DNA of 64,000 bases, from contig OZ316895.1 in the NCBI GenBank assembly GCA_973895155.1, positions 1,691,094 through 1,755,093 of the forward strand. The letters are read 5' to 3'. The translations under genes and the position numbers were made by a program. The notes beneath the pieces were generated by a model. It did no database searches. It saw nothing but the letters and a program-made list of their open reading frames with translations, and was not told the DNA's origin. This DNA comes from Marsupella aquatica (taxonomy: Eukaryota; Plantae; Marchantiophyta). Shown one piece after another: positions 62,501-64,000 of this stretch; positions within the stretch are counted from its first letter, which is position 1; the number at the start of each line of letters is the position of its first letter.

Positions 62501-63663
62501 GATATATGTAAATCACAAACACTGGCTCATCAGTATCACTATCATGATTTGTCTCTAAGTACTGTGCTGTGTTATGGTCGCCAGATGGATGCTGCTGAGG
62601 TTTCCAGAAAGAAGCTGGATTTGAACTCAAGCTCAGCCTTGCTGGTAGGCTATGTTATGATTCTACCAGTTTTTAATTAGTCTTCGGACTTTGGAAGCAT
62701 CTGTCTGATAAAAGGAGCACATTTTATACAATACAACTCACTCATGAATTTTGAACTTACCAGTCTGAGTGGGTGGCTCTATTTCACTATAATTATGTTC
62801 AGGTCAAAGAGGAGATACGCCAGGAAAATTTAAGCTGGCATTCTGTTTTGGTCACTCGTGCTGAAATGCACGATACTTACGAATATTCTCTTTAAGTTCA
62901 TGATTTTAAGAACAGATGGATGTGCATGCGTGCAGGCCAGCAATTGGAATGCATGCACAAGTTCAAAATGCCAGGAATTCCAACAAGGCATTCTTACACA
63001 GCTGAAAATAGCAGACCCAGTACGAATCACTGTGAGTACAATCTGCAGACGGTGATGTCTTGAATTCAACTGTTTTGTTGCTGCACAAGGTCTGTAGATA
63101 GTACCATTTCCCCTCTTGTTGATCTGTTTGCAAATAATGCTGGTAGATTGTGAGTAAAATATATCCACCAGGTCCAAGGGTATGATTGTACTCTTATTTT
63201 GCCAGTCGAATACAACTTGCAATACGAATTTTCCTTACAAGGTTGGGTCATGCTCACAGTGCATACCGGACTGTAGGGTGCAATTGATGGCTTGCTCAAA
63301 GTAGTAGCTGCCGTGCCAAGAATGCAAAAGTTTATTGAACAAATCTGTGACGTTGTCTTCAATGATGGCGCAGTGATGCTTGCAAGGTGTGCATCACAGT
63401 GGGAAATTGCTTTTGTATAGCATGATCAGTGGACAATCGACTTAAAATCCTTCCAGTTCCACGAAAATCCAGGTTACTACCACTTACAGAGAACAGATGT
63501 TGAATTTGTAAGGTTGTCTACTTCTAAAGTGTACACATGTGTTTTCTGAAACGTCGCCAGGGACAACACTAGGGAAACGCAAGAAACCCCAGAAGCTGTG
63601 CCAGGCATCTTGAAGTCCTGGCTGGACAAACTGCAGGCCGTGGAAGAGCTTCAGCAGTTCAAG
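56530..63663 (+). CDS. CEP70-like centriole/basal-body coiled-coil protein with long low-complexity N-terminus; probably continues past the window end
   Basis: Exon 1 56530-58590 ends WSHINKLLCENGFSSL...REKVVQ and splices to ELLAERD (59256), resembling the CEP70 N-terminal motif; later exons VVAAVPRMQKFIEQIC and ILKSWLDKL. Confidence 0.7.
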
Positions 63664-64000
63664 GTATATCGCGTTTCCTGCGCAATAAGGACGCCTCTAA
63701 ACTTATCTGACCCTATCTCACTAGACAAATAATAACCTTAGGCACTGTAGAGCTAGGAGAACTCCTGCAAACTTGTGTCTTTTCAATTAAGCAAGCAATT
63801 AGTGTTTAATAGCTATCATTTTATTTGGCGTAAATTCTTGTAAAAGACTGAAAGTTTTTACAAAAATCAAGACAAATTAGTCTCTTCTTAGCAGACAGAA
63901 ACGATTATAGTTTAGATCTAACACGCACACATTCACATTTTTATCTTTGGGGTCCGTCCACTTATTTGCGACGACTTGTACTTCAAGAATCGACCTGTGC

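Overview
Eukaryotic, intron-containing plant nuclear DNA. Two cilium/centriole-type genes (WDR49/WDR64-like, CEP70-like) suggest a land plant with flagellated sperm, such as a bryophyte, lycophyte or fern (inference). The left ~29 kb is rich in transposons and duplications. It holds a decayed Ty1/copia element abutting an oppositely oriented related LTR, an apparently intact PIF/Harbinger (Pong-like) element with perfect 16-bp TIRs and a TAA TSD, a processed proteasome alpha-5 retrocopy, an ankyrin/PGG membrane-protein gene with many local duplications, and a truncated LTR-retroelement remnant with a long broken accessory ORF. The right ~35 kb holds ordinary genes: mitochondrial ATP synthase delta, a multi-exon WD40 protein, a DNAJB12-like J-protein and a CEP70-like gene. 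The most unusual signal is three related 250-290 bp MITEs with CTCGGGGG termini, bipartite TIRs (conserved AYCACGTGCGA at position 32) and 8-bp TSDs that all begin ATC. I cannot assign them to a standard plant MITE superfamily. All alignments and identities were judged by eye.
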